This document shows positions 30,280 to 40,905 of a stretch of DNA of 64,000 nt, one piece after another (position 1 is the stretch's first letter; the number at the start of each line of letters is the position of its first letter). Source of the DNA: Gammaproteobacteria bacterium (GTDB lineage Bacteria; Pseudomonadota; Gammaproteobacteria; JAABTG01); NCBI GenBank assembly GCA_034522055.1, contig JAXHLS010000006.1, forward strand, positions 420,116 to 484,115, read 5' to 3'. The notes below the pieces were generated by a model. The model was not told the origin of the DNA. It worked only from the letters and a program-made list of their open reading frames with translations, and did no database searches. The position numbers were made by a program, and so were the translations under genes.

Positions 30280-30662
30280 GGGTGCTGCTGGATACTCATG
30301 CATTCCTGTGGCTGGTGACTGACGACCCGAGGGTCTCTCAAGCGGCGCGTGAGATATTCCTGGATGCGGAGAACGTGATTTTTCTCAGCGGGGTGAGCGG
30401 ACTGGAGATCGCCGTCAAGTACAGCCTGGGCAAGCTGAAGCTTGCGGCCCCGCCCCGGGAGTTCATCGAGGCCCGTATCGCGAATAACGACCTGCTGCCC
30501 CTGCCGGTCGCGCTGGCCCACACTTACCGGCTTGCCCACCTGCCGTTCCATCACCGCGACCCGTTCGATCGCCTCCTGGTCTCCCAGGCCATGGAGGAGG
30601 ACCTGCCGATCGTCACCAGTGATGCCGCGCTGGGGGCCTACGACGTGGAGACAATGTGGTGA
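30276..30662 (+). CDS. vapC: VapC PIN-domain toxin
   Basis: 128 aa. VLLDTHAFLWLV...HHRDPFDRLLVSQAMEEDLPIVTSD PIN acidic residues. Overlaps the antitoxin stop. Confidence 0.88.
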   Translation: MRVLLDTHAFLWLVTDDPRVSQAAREIFLDAENVIFLSGVSGLEIAVKYSLGKLKLAAPPREFIEARIANNDLLPLPVALAHTYRLAHLPFHHRDPFDRLLVSQAMEEDLPIVTSDAALGAYDVETMW

Positions 30663-30790
30663 GCAGGGGGGGAAGCGAGGCGAAGGTGAACGACGCCGGC
30701 TCGGTGACGGTATGGGGCACCGGCACGGGCACGGCGCGCCGCGCCGGGAGGCTCCCACATGGATGAATCGCCGAGGGGGCTCGGCTCCTA

Positions 30791-32709
30791 GTGCGTCCGT
30801 GGAGGCGCATTTTCCGCACGGTGAGAGTCCGTGTCGGGGTAAGCCAAGGCCCCGTAGTCGAAGGTAACTGCGTCGTCGCGAGGCGGGGTGGAGAGCAACC
30901 GGAGGCGAACTGGCGGTCCGTAGGATGACGAACTCGATTCGGCGGTACGGGACGGCGAGCCCGCTAGGAGAAGGTGAAGCCTGAAAATCATCGGATGCGC
31001 TGGGATTGGCGTGGAAAGCGACATTCGGGTCCCCTCCGTGGTTGGAGACGGAACGCTGGGAAGGAAATGCGAGAGAAGCGGGGAGACCTGACCGCCGTGG
31101 TGACGGTGGGCAGGAGTCAGAGCCTTCGTAGTACTGAACGGTTCTGCTGCGGTCATGGCGAGGTGCTGCGGAAACGCGGACCCAAGAGCTGGAGGGCGTC
31201 CTCCGCCTAAAACCGTGGGTGGTGCCGGGAAAGCGCGAAGAACAGAAATCGCGCCGAGGGAAGGGAGGCAGGAAGGTGGATGGGTGAAGTCTGGAGGAGG
31301 TGAGCGCGTATGCAAAGGGTCGAGAGTGTCTCGCAAGAGGCTAAGCCAGACTCGTCCAACCCGGTGGAATGGCCGTGGGTGGACCGCACGATCTGGACGG
31401 AGCGCATGTTGGCGGCGCTGGGTAACGGCGTCCAAGGGACGAAGTGGTTCAGTCTGATCGACAAGGTGCATCGCCCCCAGACCCTGGAACGGGCGTGGCA
31501 GGATGTGCGGGCCAACCGGGGTTCAGCGGGGGTGGATGGCCAGAGTGTGCAGCGTTTTGAGGCCCATGCCGAGCGGTATCTGGCGGAGCTGGGAGAGGCG
31601 CTGGGAAGTGGACGGTACCGACCGGATGCGGTGCGTCGGGTGGAGATTCCGAAGGGGACAGGGACGCGTCCCCTGGGCATTCCGACGGTGAAGGACCGGA
31701 TTGTGCAGGCGGCGATGAAGCGGGTGCTCGAGCCGATTTTCGAGCACCAGTTTTTGCCGATGAGTTACGGGTTTCGCCCGGGTCGCGGGTGCAAGGATGC
31801 GCTGCGGGAAGTGGATGGGCTGGTTCGGGAGGGCTACACCCATGTGGTGGATGCCGACCTGGCCCAGTACTTCGACACCATCCCGCACGAAGCGTTGATG
31901 GCCCGGGTCGAGGACCGGATCAGCGATGGTCGGATCCTCGACCTGCTGCGCGCCTGGTTGCGCCAGGACGTGGTGGCGGAGATAGCGCGCTGGACGCCGA
32001 CCCGGGGCTCGCCCCAAGGGGCGGTGATCAGTCCGTTACTCGCGAATCTGTACCTGCACGGGCTGGATGTACACATGACCCAGCGCGGCTATCGGATGGT
32101 TCGGTATGCTGACGACCTCGTGATCCTGTGTGCCAGTCCGGACGAAGCCCAGGAGGCGCTGCAGGAGTTGCGGCACTGGGTGGAGGCCAATGGTCTGCAA
32201 CTGCACCCGGAGAAGACCCGTGTGGGGGATTGCCGGCAGCCCGGGGAAGGCTTTGAGTTTCTCGGGTACCGGTTTGAAGCGGGACGGCGGTGGGTACGCA
32301 AGAAGAGCCGCAAGGCCCTTTACGACCGGGTCCGGGCCAAAACCCGGCGCAGTCGTGGGGATTCGCTGGCGCGGATTGTGGCCGACCTGAACCCGATGCT
32401 GCGTGGCTGGTTCGTGTATTTCCAGCACGCGCACCCGTGGACCTTTCCTCGCGTGGACGGTTTTGTCCGACGTCGATTACGGGCGCTGTTGCGCAAGCAG
32501 CAGAAGCGCCCGGGAGCGGGTCATTGTCAGTCCGACCATCTCCGCTGGCCGAACGCGTTCTTCGCTGCGGCTGGGCTTTTCACCATGACCGAAGCCCGGA
32601 CGTTGGCGAGCCAATCCCGATGAGGTAACCACCGACTGGAGAGCCGTGTGCGGGAGAACCGCATGCACGGTTCGGAGGGCGGGGAGGGTCACTCCTTCCC
32701 GACCCCTAT
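30791..32709 (+). mobile_element. Group II intron A1 (1,919 bp), intact
   Basis: 5' GTGCG at 30791. Domain V gagccgtgtgcgggagaaccgcatgcacggttc at 32641-32673. Ends ...CCCTAT at 32709. Boundaries confirmed by the empty site at 22950|22951. Confidence 0.9.
31310..32623 (+). CDS. Group II intron reverse transcriptase/maturase (no endonuclease domain evident)
   Basis: 437 aa. RT motifs PLGIPTVKDRIVQ, FRPGRG, DADLAQYFDTIPH, YADDLVIL. Maturase X-like C-terminus. Confidence 0.92.
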   Translation: MQRVESVSQEAKPDSSNPVEWPWVDRTIWTERMLAALGNGVQGTKWFSLIDKVHRPQTLERAWQDVRANRGSAGVDGQSVQRFEAHAERYLAELGEALGSGRYRPDAVRRVEIPKGTGTRPLGIPTVKDRIVQAAMKRVLEPIFEHQFLPMSYGFRPGRGCKDALREVDGLVREGYTHVVDADLAQYFDTIPHEALMARVEDRISDGRILDLLRAWLRQDVVAEIARWTPTRGSPQGAVISPLLANLYLHGLDVHMTQRGYRMVRYADDLVILCASPDEAQEALQELRHWVEANGLQLHPEKTRVGDCRQPGEGFEFLGYRFEAGRRWVRKKSRKALYDRVRAKTRRSRGDSLARIVADLNPMLRGWFVYFQHAHPWTFPRVDGFVRRRLRALLRKQQKRPGAGHCQSDHLRWPNAFFAAAGLFTMTEARTLASQSR

Positions 32710-32727
32710 CGGGTGGGTTCGATTCGC

Positions 32728-32970
32728 TTCGTCAATATCGGCGTGGGGGAGGACATCACCATCCGCGAGTTGGTGGCGATGGTGCAGCGGGCGGTGGGCT
32801 TCGAGGGCGAGGTGCTGTGGGATACCACCAAGCCCGACGGCACCCCCCGCAAGCTGGTGGACGTGGGGCGCCTCCACGCCTTGGGCTGGCGGGCGAAGGT
32901 TCCTTTGGAGGAGGGGGTGCGGACCACCTATGAGTGGTTCCTGGAGCACCAGGGGGATTACCGGGGCTGA
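32728..32970 (+). pseudogene. fcl 3' fragment (last ~80 codons)
   Basis: [80 protein letters not shown]. Starts 18 nt after the intron A1 3' end. Confidence 0.9.
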
Positions 32971-33177
32971 TGGGGTTGGGTGTCGGGATGAATCCCGACC
33001 TACATTCGTGCCGTAGGAACGCGCCGTGGGGGGGTAGGTCGGGCTTCAGCCCGACATCCCGCAAACCGGGGACAGACCACGGTTAAGTGGGGTGTGAAGG
33101 CGGCCCTGCTACCCGCATAAACAATGGCGTGCCCCAGTTAAGCCGGTCCGCAAGTTCCACTTTGAGGACGTTAAGGC

Positions 33178-34275
33178 ATGGTTGGACAAAAGAAGAAGGC
33201 GCTGATCACCGGCGTGACGGGCCAGGACGGGGCGTACCTGTCCGAGTTCCTGCTGGAGAAGGGTTACGAGGTCCATGGCATCAAGCGCCGGGCGTCGTCC
33301 TTCAATACGGACCGTATTGACCACCTGTACCAGGATCCTCACGAGACGGGTCGGCAGTTCGTGCTGCACTACGGAGACCTGACGGATTCCACCAACCTCA
33401 TTCGCATCGTCCAGGAGATCCAGCCGGACGAGATCTACAACCTGGGGGCCCAGAGCCACGTGGCGGTGTCTTTCGAGAGCCCGGAGTACACGGCGGACAG
33501 CGTGGGCCTGGGGGCGTTGCGCATGCTGGAGGCCATTCGCATCGCCGGGCTCACGGACAAGACCCGTTTCTACCAGGCCTCCACCTCGGAGCTCTACGGC
33601 CTGGTGCAGGAGGTGCCCCAGAAAGAGACCACGCCCTTCTACCCGCGCTCGCCCTACGCGGCGGCCAAGCTCTATGCCTACTGGATTACGGTGAACTACC
33701 GCGAGGCCTACGGCATGTATGCCTGCAACGGCATCCTGTTCAACCACGAATCACCCGTGCGCGGCGAGACCTTCGTCACCCGCAAGATCACCCGCGCCCT
33801 GGCCCGTATCCACCTGGGGCTGCAGGACACCCTGTACCTGGGGAACATGGATGCCCTGCGGGACTGGGGCCATGCCCGGGACTACGTGGAGATGCAGTGG
33901 TTGATGCTCCAGCAGGAGGTACCGGATGATTTCTGCATCGCCACCGGGGTGCAGTACTCGGTGCGCCAGTTCGTGGAGCGCGCCTACTCGCACCTGGGCA
34001 AGGCCATCCGCTGGGAAGGGCAGGGGGTGGACGAGAAGGGCTATGACACCGAGACGGGGGCGTGCATCGTGGCGGTGGACCCGCGCTACTTCCGCCCCAC
34101 GGAGGTGGAGACCCTACTGGGGGACCCCACCAAGGCCAGGGAGAAGCTGGGTTGGACGCCGCGCATCACCTTCGACGAGATGGTGACGGAGATGATGGAG
34201 AACGACCTGCAACTGGCAAAGCGCGATGCGCTGGTGAAGGAGGCGGGGTATCGGGCGTTCGATTACCACGAGTGA
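33178..34275 (+). CDS. gmd: GDP-mannose 4,6-dehydratase (copy 2, intact)
   Basis: 365 aa, near-identical protein to copy 1 with scattered nucleotide substitutions. Different upstream region. Confidence 0.93.
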   Translation: MVGQKKKALITGVTGQDGAYLSEFLLEKGYEVHGIKRRASSFNTDRIDHLYQDPHETGRQFVLHYGDLTDSTNLIRIVQEIQPDEIYNLGAQSHVAVSFESPEYTADSVGLGALRMLEAIRIAGLTDKTRFYQASTSELYGLVQEVPQKETTPFYPRSPYAAAKLYAYWITVNYREAYGMYACNGILFNHESPVRGETFVTRKITRALARIHLGLQDTLYLGNMDALRDWGHARDYVEMQWLMLQQEVPDDFCIATGVQYSVRQFVERAYSHLGKAIRWEGQGVDEKGYDTETGACIVAVDPRYFRPTEVETLLGDPTKAREKLGWTPRITFDEMVTEMMENDLQLAKRDALVKEAGYRAFDYHE

Positions 34276-34500
34276 GGGGGTGGTCCCCCTCCGCCCCTCA
34301 CCCCGGCCCTCTCCCGGCGGGAGAGGGGGAGTAATCAGAGGGTTCTCTACGGGGGGATTACCGGGGCCGATGGGGCAGCCGGTGGGTCCGCTGCGCTTGA
34401 CCCACCCTACGGGCCGGAATGGGCCGGGATGTCGGGATGAATCCCGACCTACATTCGTGCCCTGGTCATGTTGGGGTTCGTTCCTCACCCCAACGAACTG
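34276..34500. repeat. REP cluster (REP1 + REP2 hairpin 34381-34406 + REP3 ~34430-34453 + REP4 ~34470-34494)
   Basis: ggtgggtccgctgcgcttgacccacc, tgtcgggatgaatcccgacctaca and gttggggttcgttcctcaccccaac read directly. Duplicated at 35964-36335. Confidence 0.75.
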
Positions 34501-34651
34501 CTGTCTATCCGGCCTAGAGGTCCGACTCCTCGATACCCGCAAGCTTCATCAGGTGTCGTTGCAGGCCAGCCTTTAGCGGCTGGCGTTAGCACCCACAAAT
34601 CAGTAATCTGGCGGCCTTGACGGAGTAATCCATTGGATTACTATATGAGGT

Positions 34652-34993
34652 ATGCATACAATCGTGGAACTACCGGAATTTCAGCGTCGAGCGATGGCTC
34701 TGCTCTCTGATTCCGAAAAGCAGCGAATTATCAGCTACTTGGCTGCGCATCCGCAGTCCGGTGCAGTTATGCAGAGCACTGGTGGTATCCGGAAACTTCG
34801 GTGGGCATCTGGTAGCAAAGGGAAAAGTGGTGGTGTCCGCGTCATTTACTACTACCACAACGAATCGATGCCGCTGTTCCTGTTAACCGTATTCGGCAAA
34901 AGCGAAAAGGCCAATCTTTCCAAAGCCGAACGGAATGAATTTGCCAAGTTCACGAGTATCTTGGCTAAGAATTATGGTGGAAAAAATGTCTGA
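34652..34993 (+). CDS. RelE/ParE-superfamily (HigB-like) toxin
   Basis: 113 aa. GGIRKLRWASGSKGKSGGVRVIYYYHNESMPLFLLTVFGKSEKANLS is typical of this toxin group. Confidence 0.75.
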   Translation: MHTIVELPEFQRRAMALLSDSEKQRIISYLAAHPQSGAVMQSTGGIRKLRWASGSKGKSGGVRVIYYYHNESMPLFLLTVFGKSEKANLSKAERNEFAKFTSILAKNYGGKNV

Positions 34994-35273
34994 AATATTC
35001 AACAGTATCAAACAGGGCTTGAAAGAGGCAGTAGCGTACTCCGAGGGAAAATTCCCTGAGGCCGTAGTGCATGAATTCTCCCCAATCGATGTAAAGAATG
35101 TCCGAGCGAAAATGGGCATGAGTCAAAACGAATTTGCGTCGGCGTTTGGCATCAGCGTCAGCACACTGAGGCACTGGGAACGTGGAGATCGCGTACCTCA
35201 TGGACCGGCCTTAGTTCTACTCAACGTGGTTGAAAAAGAACCCCAGGCCGTACTTAAAGCCCTGGGCGGCTAA
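34986..35273 (+). CDS. XRE-family HTH antitoxin (HigA-like)
   Basis: Met18 of ORF 34935..35273. VRAKMGMSQNEFASAFGISVSTLRHWERGDRVPHGPALVLLNVV. Overlaps the toxin stop by 8 nt. Confidence 0.78.
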   Translation: MSEIFNSIKQGLKEAVAYSEGKFPEAVVHEFSPIDVKNVRAKMGMSQNEFASAFGISVSTLRHWERGDRVPHGPALVLLNVVEKEPQAVLKALGG

Positions 35274-35326
35274 TCGGCACAAACCGCGGACAGACCACGG
35301 TTAAGTGGGGTGTGAAGGCGGCCCTG

Positions 35327-35963
35327 CTACCCGCGCTCGCCCTACGCGGCGGCCAATCTCTATGCCTACTGGATAACGGTGAACTACCGCGAGGCCTACG
35401 GCATGTATGCCTGCAACGGCATTCTTTTTAATCACGAATCACCCGTGCGCGGCGAGACCTTCGTCACCCGCAAGATAACCCGCGCCCTGGCCCGTATCCA
35501 CCTGGGGCTGCAGGACACCCTGTACTTGGGGAACATGGATGCCCTGCGGGACTGGGGCCATGCCCGGGACTACGTGGAGATGCAGTGGTTGATGCTCCAG
35601 CAGGAGGTACCGGATGATTTCTGCATCGCCACCGGGGTGCAGTACTCGGTGCGCCAGTTCGTGGAGCGCGCCTACTCACACCTGGGCAAGGCCATCCGCT
35701 GGGAAGGGCAGGGGGTGGACGAGAAGGGCTATGACAGCGAGACGGGGGCCTGCATCGTGGCGGTGGACCCGCGCTACTTCCGCCCCACGGAGGTGGAGAC
35801 CCTGCTGGGGGACCCCACCAAGGCCAGGGAGAAGCTGGGTTGGACGCCGCGCATCACCTTCGACGAGATGGTGACGGAGATGATGGAGAACGACCTGCAA
35901 CTGGCAAAGCGCGATGCGCTGGTGAAGGAGGCGGGGTATCGGGCGTTCGATTACCACGAGTGA
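35327..35963 (+). pseudogene. gmd lacking the 5' half (from ~codon 165)
   Basis: [25 protein letters not shown]... to the native stop. Joined to a copy of the gmd2 upstream region through 8-bp microhomology CTACCCGC (35327-35334). Confidence 0.9.
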
Positions 35964-36335
35964 GGGGGTGGTCCCCCTCCGCCCCTCACCCCGGCCCTCT
36001 CCCGGCGGGAGAGGGGGAGTAATCAGAGGGTTCTCTACGGGGGGATTACCGGGGCCGATGGGGCAGCCGGTGGGTCCGCTGCGCTTGACCCACCCTACGT
36101 TGCTGCGTGTTTTGGCGTCATGGGAAGGTCCCTTCTCCCTTGGGGAGAAGGACAGGATGAGGGGATGCTGGGCGGGGGGTGTAGGTCGGGCTTCAGCCCG
36201 ACAGCCCGCGGGTGGGATTTCCGGCCCGGCTCATGGTGTGTGCGCCCGGGTTGGATGTCGGGATGAATCCCGACCTACATTCGTGCCCTGGTCATGTTGG
36301 GGTTCGTTCCTCACCCCAACCTACGAGCTTGTCGA
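35964..36335. repeat. REP cluster, expanded paralogue of 34276-34500
   Basis: Same order of REP1/REP2/REP3/REP4 units, with extra GTAGGTCGGGCTTCAGCCCGACA-type hairpins. Confidence 0.7.
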
Positions 36336-36424
36336 ACTCCCGGTAGGCCTGCCGCGGTGCTATAGACGCACCCCGGCATACGGATCATACTGATCGCATC
36401 AATCGATATGCTTGAGAGGAACTC

Positions 36425-36697
36425 ATGATTACCGAAGTCAATGCCGTAAGTTTCCGGCAGAACCTGGGAGACATGATCAACCGGGTGCAGTACCGGAATG
36501 ACAGTGTCGTCATCAACAAGGATGGCAAGCCGGTAGCGGTGCTGGTCGACGCGGAGTTGTTTGCCCGCATCCAGCGCATGCGTGCCCGCTTCGATGAACT
36601 GAGTGCGCGTATTTCGGAGGGTTACGCCGATGTGCCGGCCGAGGAGGGGCTGGCCGAGATTGAAGACGCGGTAGCTGCGGCGCGCAAACGGCGCTGA
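36425..36697 (+). CDS. Phd/YefM-type antitoxin
   Basis: 90 aa. SFRQNLGDMINRVQYRNDSVVINKDGKPVAVLVDAELFARI. Confidence 0.8.
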   Translation: MITEVNAVSFRQNLGDMINRVQYRNDSVVINKDGKPVAVLVDAELFARIQRMRARFDELSARISEGYADVPAEEGLAEIEDAVAAARKRR

Positions 36698-37110
36698 TGC
36701 CCGATTTGCGTGTGGTCCTCGACACCAACGTGCTGGTGTCGGGACTGGCCTATCCGGGCAGCGTGCCGGGGCGTATCGTCGCCGCCTGGCGCCAGGGCGG
36801 CCTGGAGGTAGTGCTGTCCCATTACATACTCGACGAGCTGGCGAGGGTGCTGCCTCGGTTGTCCAGGGTCCGGATGTTGCAGGTGGAGGCCCGTGACTTG
36901 ACCGATAGTCTGATGTTCCTTGCCGATATCGTCGAGGCGCGAGGTATGCCTGATGAAAACCTGCGTGACCCTGCTGATCAACCAGTGCTACTCACCCTGG
37001 TGGCGGCGCGGGCTGACTACCTCGTAACCGGCGACAAGGATTTGCTGGCCCTGGCGGCCAAGTATCCCATTGTCACACCGGGAGAGTTCTGGAGACGCCA
37101 CGGAGAGTAA
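36697..37110 (+). CDS. PIN-family toxin (TIGR00305-like)
   Basis: 137 aa. RVVLDTNVLVSGLAYPGSVPGRIV...DPADQPVLLTLVAARADYLVTGDKDLL. Confidence 0.8.
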   Translation: MPDLRVVLDTNVLVSGLAYPGSVPGRIVAAWRQGGLEVVLSHYILDELARVLPRLSRVRMLQVEARDLTDSLMFLADIVEARGMPDENLRDPADQPVLLTLVAARADYLVTGDKDLLALAAKYPIVTPGEFWRRHGE

Positions 37111-37140
37111 GCGGGTCGGTTGGGTTCCGGGCGGTTCCGG

Positions 37141-37299
37141 GTAGAGTAGAGAGCAGGCCCTAACGCCCGTAGGTCCGGCTTAGCGGTTCCCGCCCCTTTC
37201 GTTTGGCGGTGCCTAAATAGCCGGGCCGTAGCCACCAAGGCCAGCCCTCCCTCATCAAACCGTGCATACGGTTCTCCCGTACACGGCTTTCCGATGTGC
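37141..37299 (-). mobile_element. Intron B 3'-terminal fragment (domains V-VI only), fused to a 58-nt gmd tail at 37300-37357
   Basis: Identical-type sequence to 41222-41380 (gtagagtagagagcagg...cggctttccgatgtgc), then caagcgcgatgcgctggtgaaggaggcgggg...tga. Confidence 0.85.
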
Positions 37300-37660
37300 C
37301 AAGCGCGATGCGCTGGTGAAGGAGGCGGGGTATCGGGCGGTTGATTATCATGAGTGAGGGGGTGGTCCCCCCCCCTCACCCCGGCCCTCTCCCGGAGGGA
37401 GAGGGGGAGTAATCAGAAGGTTCTCTACGGGGGGATTACCGGGGCCGATGGGGCAGCCGGTGGGTCCGCTGCGCTTGACCCACCCTACGTTGCGGTGCGC
37501 TTTGGCGTTATGGGAAGGTCCCTTCTCCCGTGGGGAGAAGGACAGGATGAGGGGATGCTGGGCGGGATGAAAAGGTTTGCCGAGGCGTTGCACTGCGTAT
37601 TGCTCACGTGGGGCTCACGTGTGCGCTTGCCGGCAATTGACATAAAAATGTCTGCTTAGT

Positions 37661-37915
37661 ATGTTTCGGCGCATGAGGACCACCGTACGATTGGACGATG
37701 AGTTGTTGAGAGAGACCAAACGTTTCGCCGCCGAGCACGGGCGGACCGTGACGAGTCTCGTCGAGGATGGGCTGCGTGAAATCCTCTCACGACGGGCAGG
37801 TCCGGCGGCGGCCGGGCCCATCAGGCTGCACACTGTCGCGGGTTCGGGACTTCGGGCCGGCGTGGATCTGGATGATTCGGTGGCGTTGCTCGAACACATG
37901 GATGAGGACGGGTGA
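37661..37915 (+). CDS. RHH (CopG/VapB-type) antitoxin
   Basis: 84 aa. MRTTVRLDDELLRETKRFAAEHGRTVTSLVEDGLREIL. The start may be Met5 (37673). Confidence 0.75.
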   Translation: MFRRMRTTVRLDDELLRETKRFAAEHGRTVTSLVEDGLREILSRRAGPAAAGPIRLHTVAGSGLRAGVDLDDSVALLEHMDEDG

Positions 37916-38340
37916 TCCTGCCGGACGTCAACGTGCTGGTCTACGCTCACCGCGAGGATGCCGGGAATCACACTGCTTACCGTGAGTGGTTGGAAGCCGA
38001 GCTGAGTTCGGAGCGCAGCTACGGCATCTGTGATCTGGTCCTGAGTGGCTTCGTCCGGATTGTCACCCATCCTAAAGTATTCAAGGAACCGTCCACTATG
38101 GAGGATGCACTGACGTTTGCGGGGCAGGTGCGGGGCCGGCCCAATTGTGTCTGTGTCGTCCCGGGACCCCGCCACTGGGGCATCTTCACCCGGCTGTGCC
38201 GTGAGCGCGGCGTCAAGGGCAATCTGGTGCCGGATGCCTACCTTGCTGCCATCGCCATCGAATCCGGCAGCGAGTGGATCACTTCGGACCGCGACTTCAG
38301 CCGCTTCACCGGGCTGCGATGGCGCCACCCGCTGAGTTGA
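37912..38340 (+). CDS. vapC: VapC-family PIN toxin
   Basis: 142 aa. ILPDVNVLVYAHRED...NLVPDAYLAAIAIESGSEWITSDRDFSRF. Confidence 0.85.
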   Translation: MILPDVNVLVYAHREDAGNHTAYREWLEAELSSERSYGICDLVLSGFVRIVTHPKVFKEPSTMEDALTFAGQVRGRPNCVCVVPGPRHWGIFTRLCRERGVKGNLVPDAYLAAIAIESGSEWITSDRDFSRFTGLRWRHPLS

Positions 38341-38382
38341 CCCGGACTCGGGCTTCGGGAAAACCGGGGACAGCAGCGGCTT

Positions 38383-38805
38383 GGCCATGCCCGGGACTAC
38401 GTGGAGATGCAGTGGCTGATGCTCCAGCAGGAGGTGCCGGATGATTTCTGCATCGCCACCGGGGTGCAGTATTCGGTGCGCCAGTTCGTGGAGCGCGCCT
38501 ACTCGCACCTGGGCAAGGCCATCCGCTGGGAAGGGCAGGGGGTGGACGAGAAGGGCTATGACACCGAGACGGGGGCCTGCATCGTGGCGGTGGACCCGCG
38601 CTACTTCCGCCCCACACGGAAGTGGAGACCCTGCTGGGGGACCCCACCAAGGCGAAGGAGAAGCTGGGTTGGACGCCAAAGATTACCTTCGATGAGATGG
38701 TGACGCCCACTGTCGGCAGACATGATGGAAAACGACCTGCAACTGGCCAAGCGGGATGCGCTGGTGAAGGAGGCGGGGTATCGGGCGTTTGATTACCACG
38801 AGTGA
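38383..38805 (+). pseudogene. gmd 3' fragment (from ~codon 243), frameshifted
   Basis: [51 protein letters not shown]... with indels and the 13-nt insertion variant. Stop at 38803-38805. An fcl tail relic lies at 38877-38935. Confidence 0.9.
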
Positions 38806-39186
38806 GGGGGTGGCCCCCCCCCCTCACCCCGGCCCTCTCCCGGAGGGAGAGGGGGAGTAATCAGAAGGTTCTCTACGGAGGGTGCGTTCCACCTACCGGT
38901 GGTTTCTGGAGCACCAGGGGGATTTCAGGGGGTGAGGGGGTGGGGTGTCGGGATGAATCCCGACCTACATTCGTGCCGTAGGAACGCGCCGTGAGGGGGG
39001 TGTAGGTCGGGCTTCAGCCCGACATCCCGCCGGTGGGATTTCCGGCCCGGCTCATGGTGTGTGCGGCCGGGTTGGATGTCGGGATAAATCCCGACCTACA
39101 TCCGTGCCCTGGTCATGTTGGGGTTCGTTCCTCACCCCAACCTACGAGTTGTTCACGTACGGCACACAAGGTGCTACTTTAAGTGC

Positions 39187-39462
39187 GTGAAGACCTTCTC
39201 ATGGGATTCAGCCAAAAACGATTGGCTCATGGCCGAACGGGGCGTGTCCTTCGAGCGGGTGATGCAGCGTATTGAGATGGGCCAGGTGCTCGATGTGGTT
39301 CGGCACCCGAATCCGGAAAGGTATCCGTACCAGAGGATGTTTATCGTGGATATCGATGGTTACGCCTGCCTGGTTCCGTTCGTTGAATCCGGTGACGAGG
39401 TTTTTCTCAAGACGATCATCCCAAGCCGCAAGGCGACGAGACGATACCTGGGAGGACGGTGA
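39187..39462 (+). CDS. BrnT-like toxin (intact paralogue of the IS21-disrupted copy)
   Basis: GTG (Val25 of ORF 39115..39462). KTFSWDSAKNDWLMAERGVSFERVMQRIEMGQVLDVVRHPNPERYP. Confidence 0.75.
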   Translation: MKTFSWDSAKNDWLMAERGVSFERVMQRIEMGQVLDVVRHPNPERYPYQRMFIVDIDGYACLVPFVESGDEVFLKTIIPSRKATRRYLGGR

Positions 39463-39743
39463 TGGCCATCCAGCTTAGCCCTGAGGAAAAGGAACTGTTG
39501 GACTCCTACGACAACGAGGAGTGGGAGTCTGTGATGTCCGTTGAGGAGTTGCGGAAGTACCAGGAGGCCGCGCGGAATACGTTCAGGAAGGACAAGCGCG
39601 TCAACATTCGGATGTCAGGCAAGGATCTGGAATTGCTCCAGGCGCGGGCCTTGCGGGAGGGCATTCCTTACCAGACCCTGATGGCGAGTGTCCTGCACAA
39701 ATATGTCTCGGGAGACCTGGTCGATAAGACCCGCAACGGCTAA
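39459..39743 (+). CDS. BrnA-like / CopG-type antitoxin
   Basis: 94 aa, differs from 28364..28648 by two residues seen in the track (Q->E, F->L). Confidence 0.8.
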   Translation: MMAIQLSPEEKELLDSYDNEEWESVMSVEELRKYQEAARNTFRKDKRVNIRMSGKDLELLQARALREGIPYQTLMASVLHKYVSGDLVDKTRNG

Positions 39744-39809
39744 CGGAGTAGGTTGAGGTATCCCCACAATTCGGTGGTGAAAAGGTCGCGGGGACAAGTG
39801 GATAGAGGA

Positions 39810-39920
39810 TCGACGCGCATGCAGATCGAGGAGGCCTTTCGTGACACCAAAGGGCACCGTTGGGGATTCGCGATGGCCTACGCCCGAACCCGCACAGCCG
39901 CGCGCCTGGAGCGCCCGCAA
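39810..39920 (+). pseudogene. C-terminal fragment of an IS4-family transposase
   Basis: QIEEAFRDTKGHRWGFAMAYARTRTAARLE resembles the IS4-family Y-R-E-K region. No upstream part. Confidence 0.55.
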
Positions 39921-39924
39921 CCGG

Positions 39925-40328
39925 GTAGAGTAGAGAGCAGGCCCTAACGCCCGTAGGTCCGGCTTAGCGGTTCCCGCCCCTTTCGTTTGGCGGTGCCTAA
40001 ATAGCCGGGCCCTAGCCACCAGGGCCAGCCCTCCCTCATCAAACCGTGCATACGGTTCTCCCGTACACGGCTTTCCGATGTGCTTCACGCCAAGGCATGC
40101 GCTGAGCGCCAGCCTGCTTTATGGGATAGCTTGAGTAATCCAAGGGCGTCGTGGAGGTGGGCGTAGGGATGTAGATGGCTGTAAAAACCCGCGCATTATG
40201 TCACGCAATACATAATGCGCGGGTTTTTACAGCCAGCTACACCGCTAACACGCGACACTACAAAGGTGTACGAGCAACTCCTTTGGCGGGACTCTAACCC
40301 GCTAGTTAATCAGCCTGTTACGGCATAC
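39925..40328 (-). mobile_element. Intron B remnant (B4): 3' end and 5' end retained, ~1.6 kb internal deletion
   Basis: 39925-40169 matches 41222-41466, and ~40250-40328 matches the last ~80 nt before 43213. Its flanks reconstitute the empty site at 33059-33086. Confidence 0.85.
40170..40241. mobile_element. 72-bp palindromic miniature element made of two copies of one IS21 terminus
   Basis: TGTAGATGGCTGTAAAAACCCGCGCATTATGT-cacgcaat-ACATAATGCGCGGGTTTTTACAGCCAGCTACA. The arms match the IS21 end seen at 24798 and 56963. Confidence 0.8.
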
Positions 40329-40367
40329 GGACAGACCACGGTTAATCGCGGCTTGCGGCGCGTCTGA

Positions 40368-40901
<534 letters not shown>

Positions 40902-40905
<4 letters not shown>

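Noticed and set aside
31310-32623. The reverse transcriptases as retron, DGR or defence-associated RTs.
   Set aside because: Each is embedded in sequence with group II intron hallmarks: GUGCG or related 5' end, a domain V hairpin with the AGC triad, and a maturase domain. No template/variable repeat pairs or msr/msd-like structures are nearby.
33178-34275. The second intact gmd as a trivial assembly duplication of gmd1.
   Set aside because: The two copies differ by scattered substitutions and have unrelated upstream and downstream contexts. A chimeric metagenomic assembly still cannot be excluded without reads.
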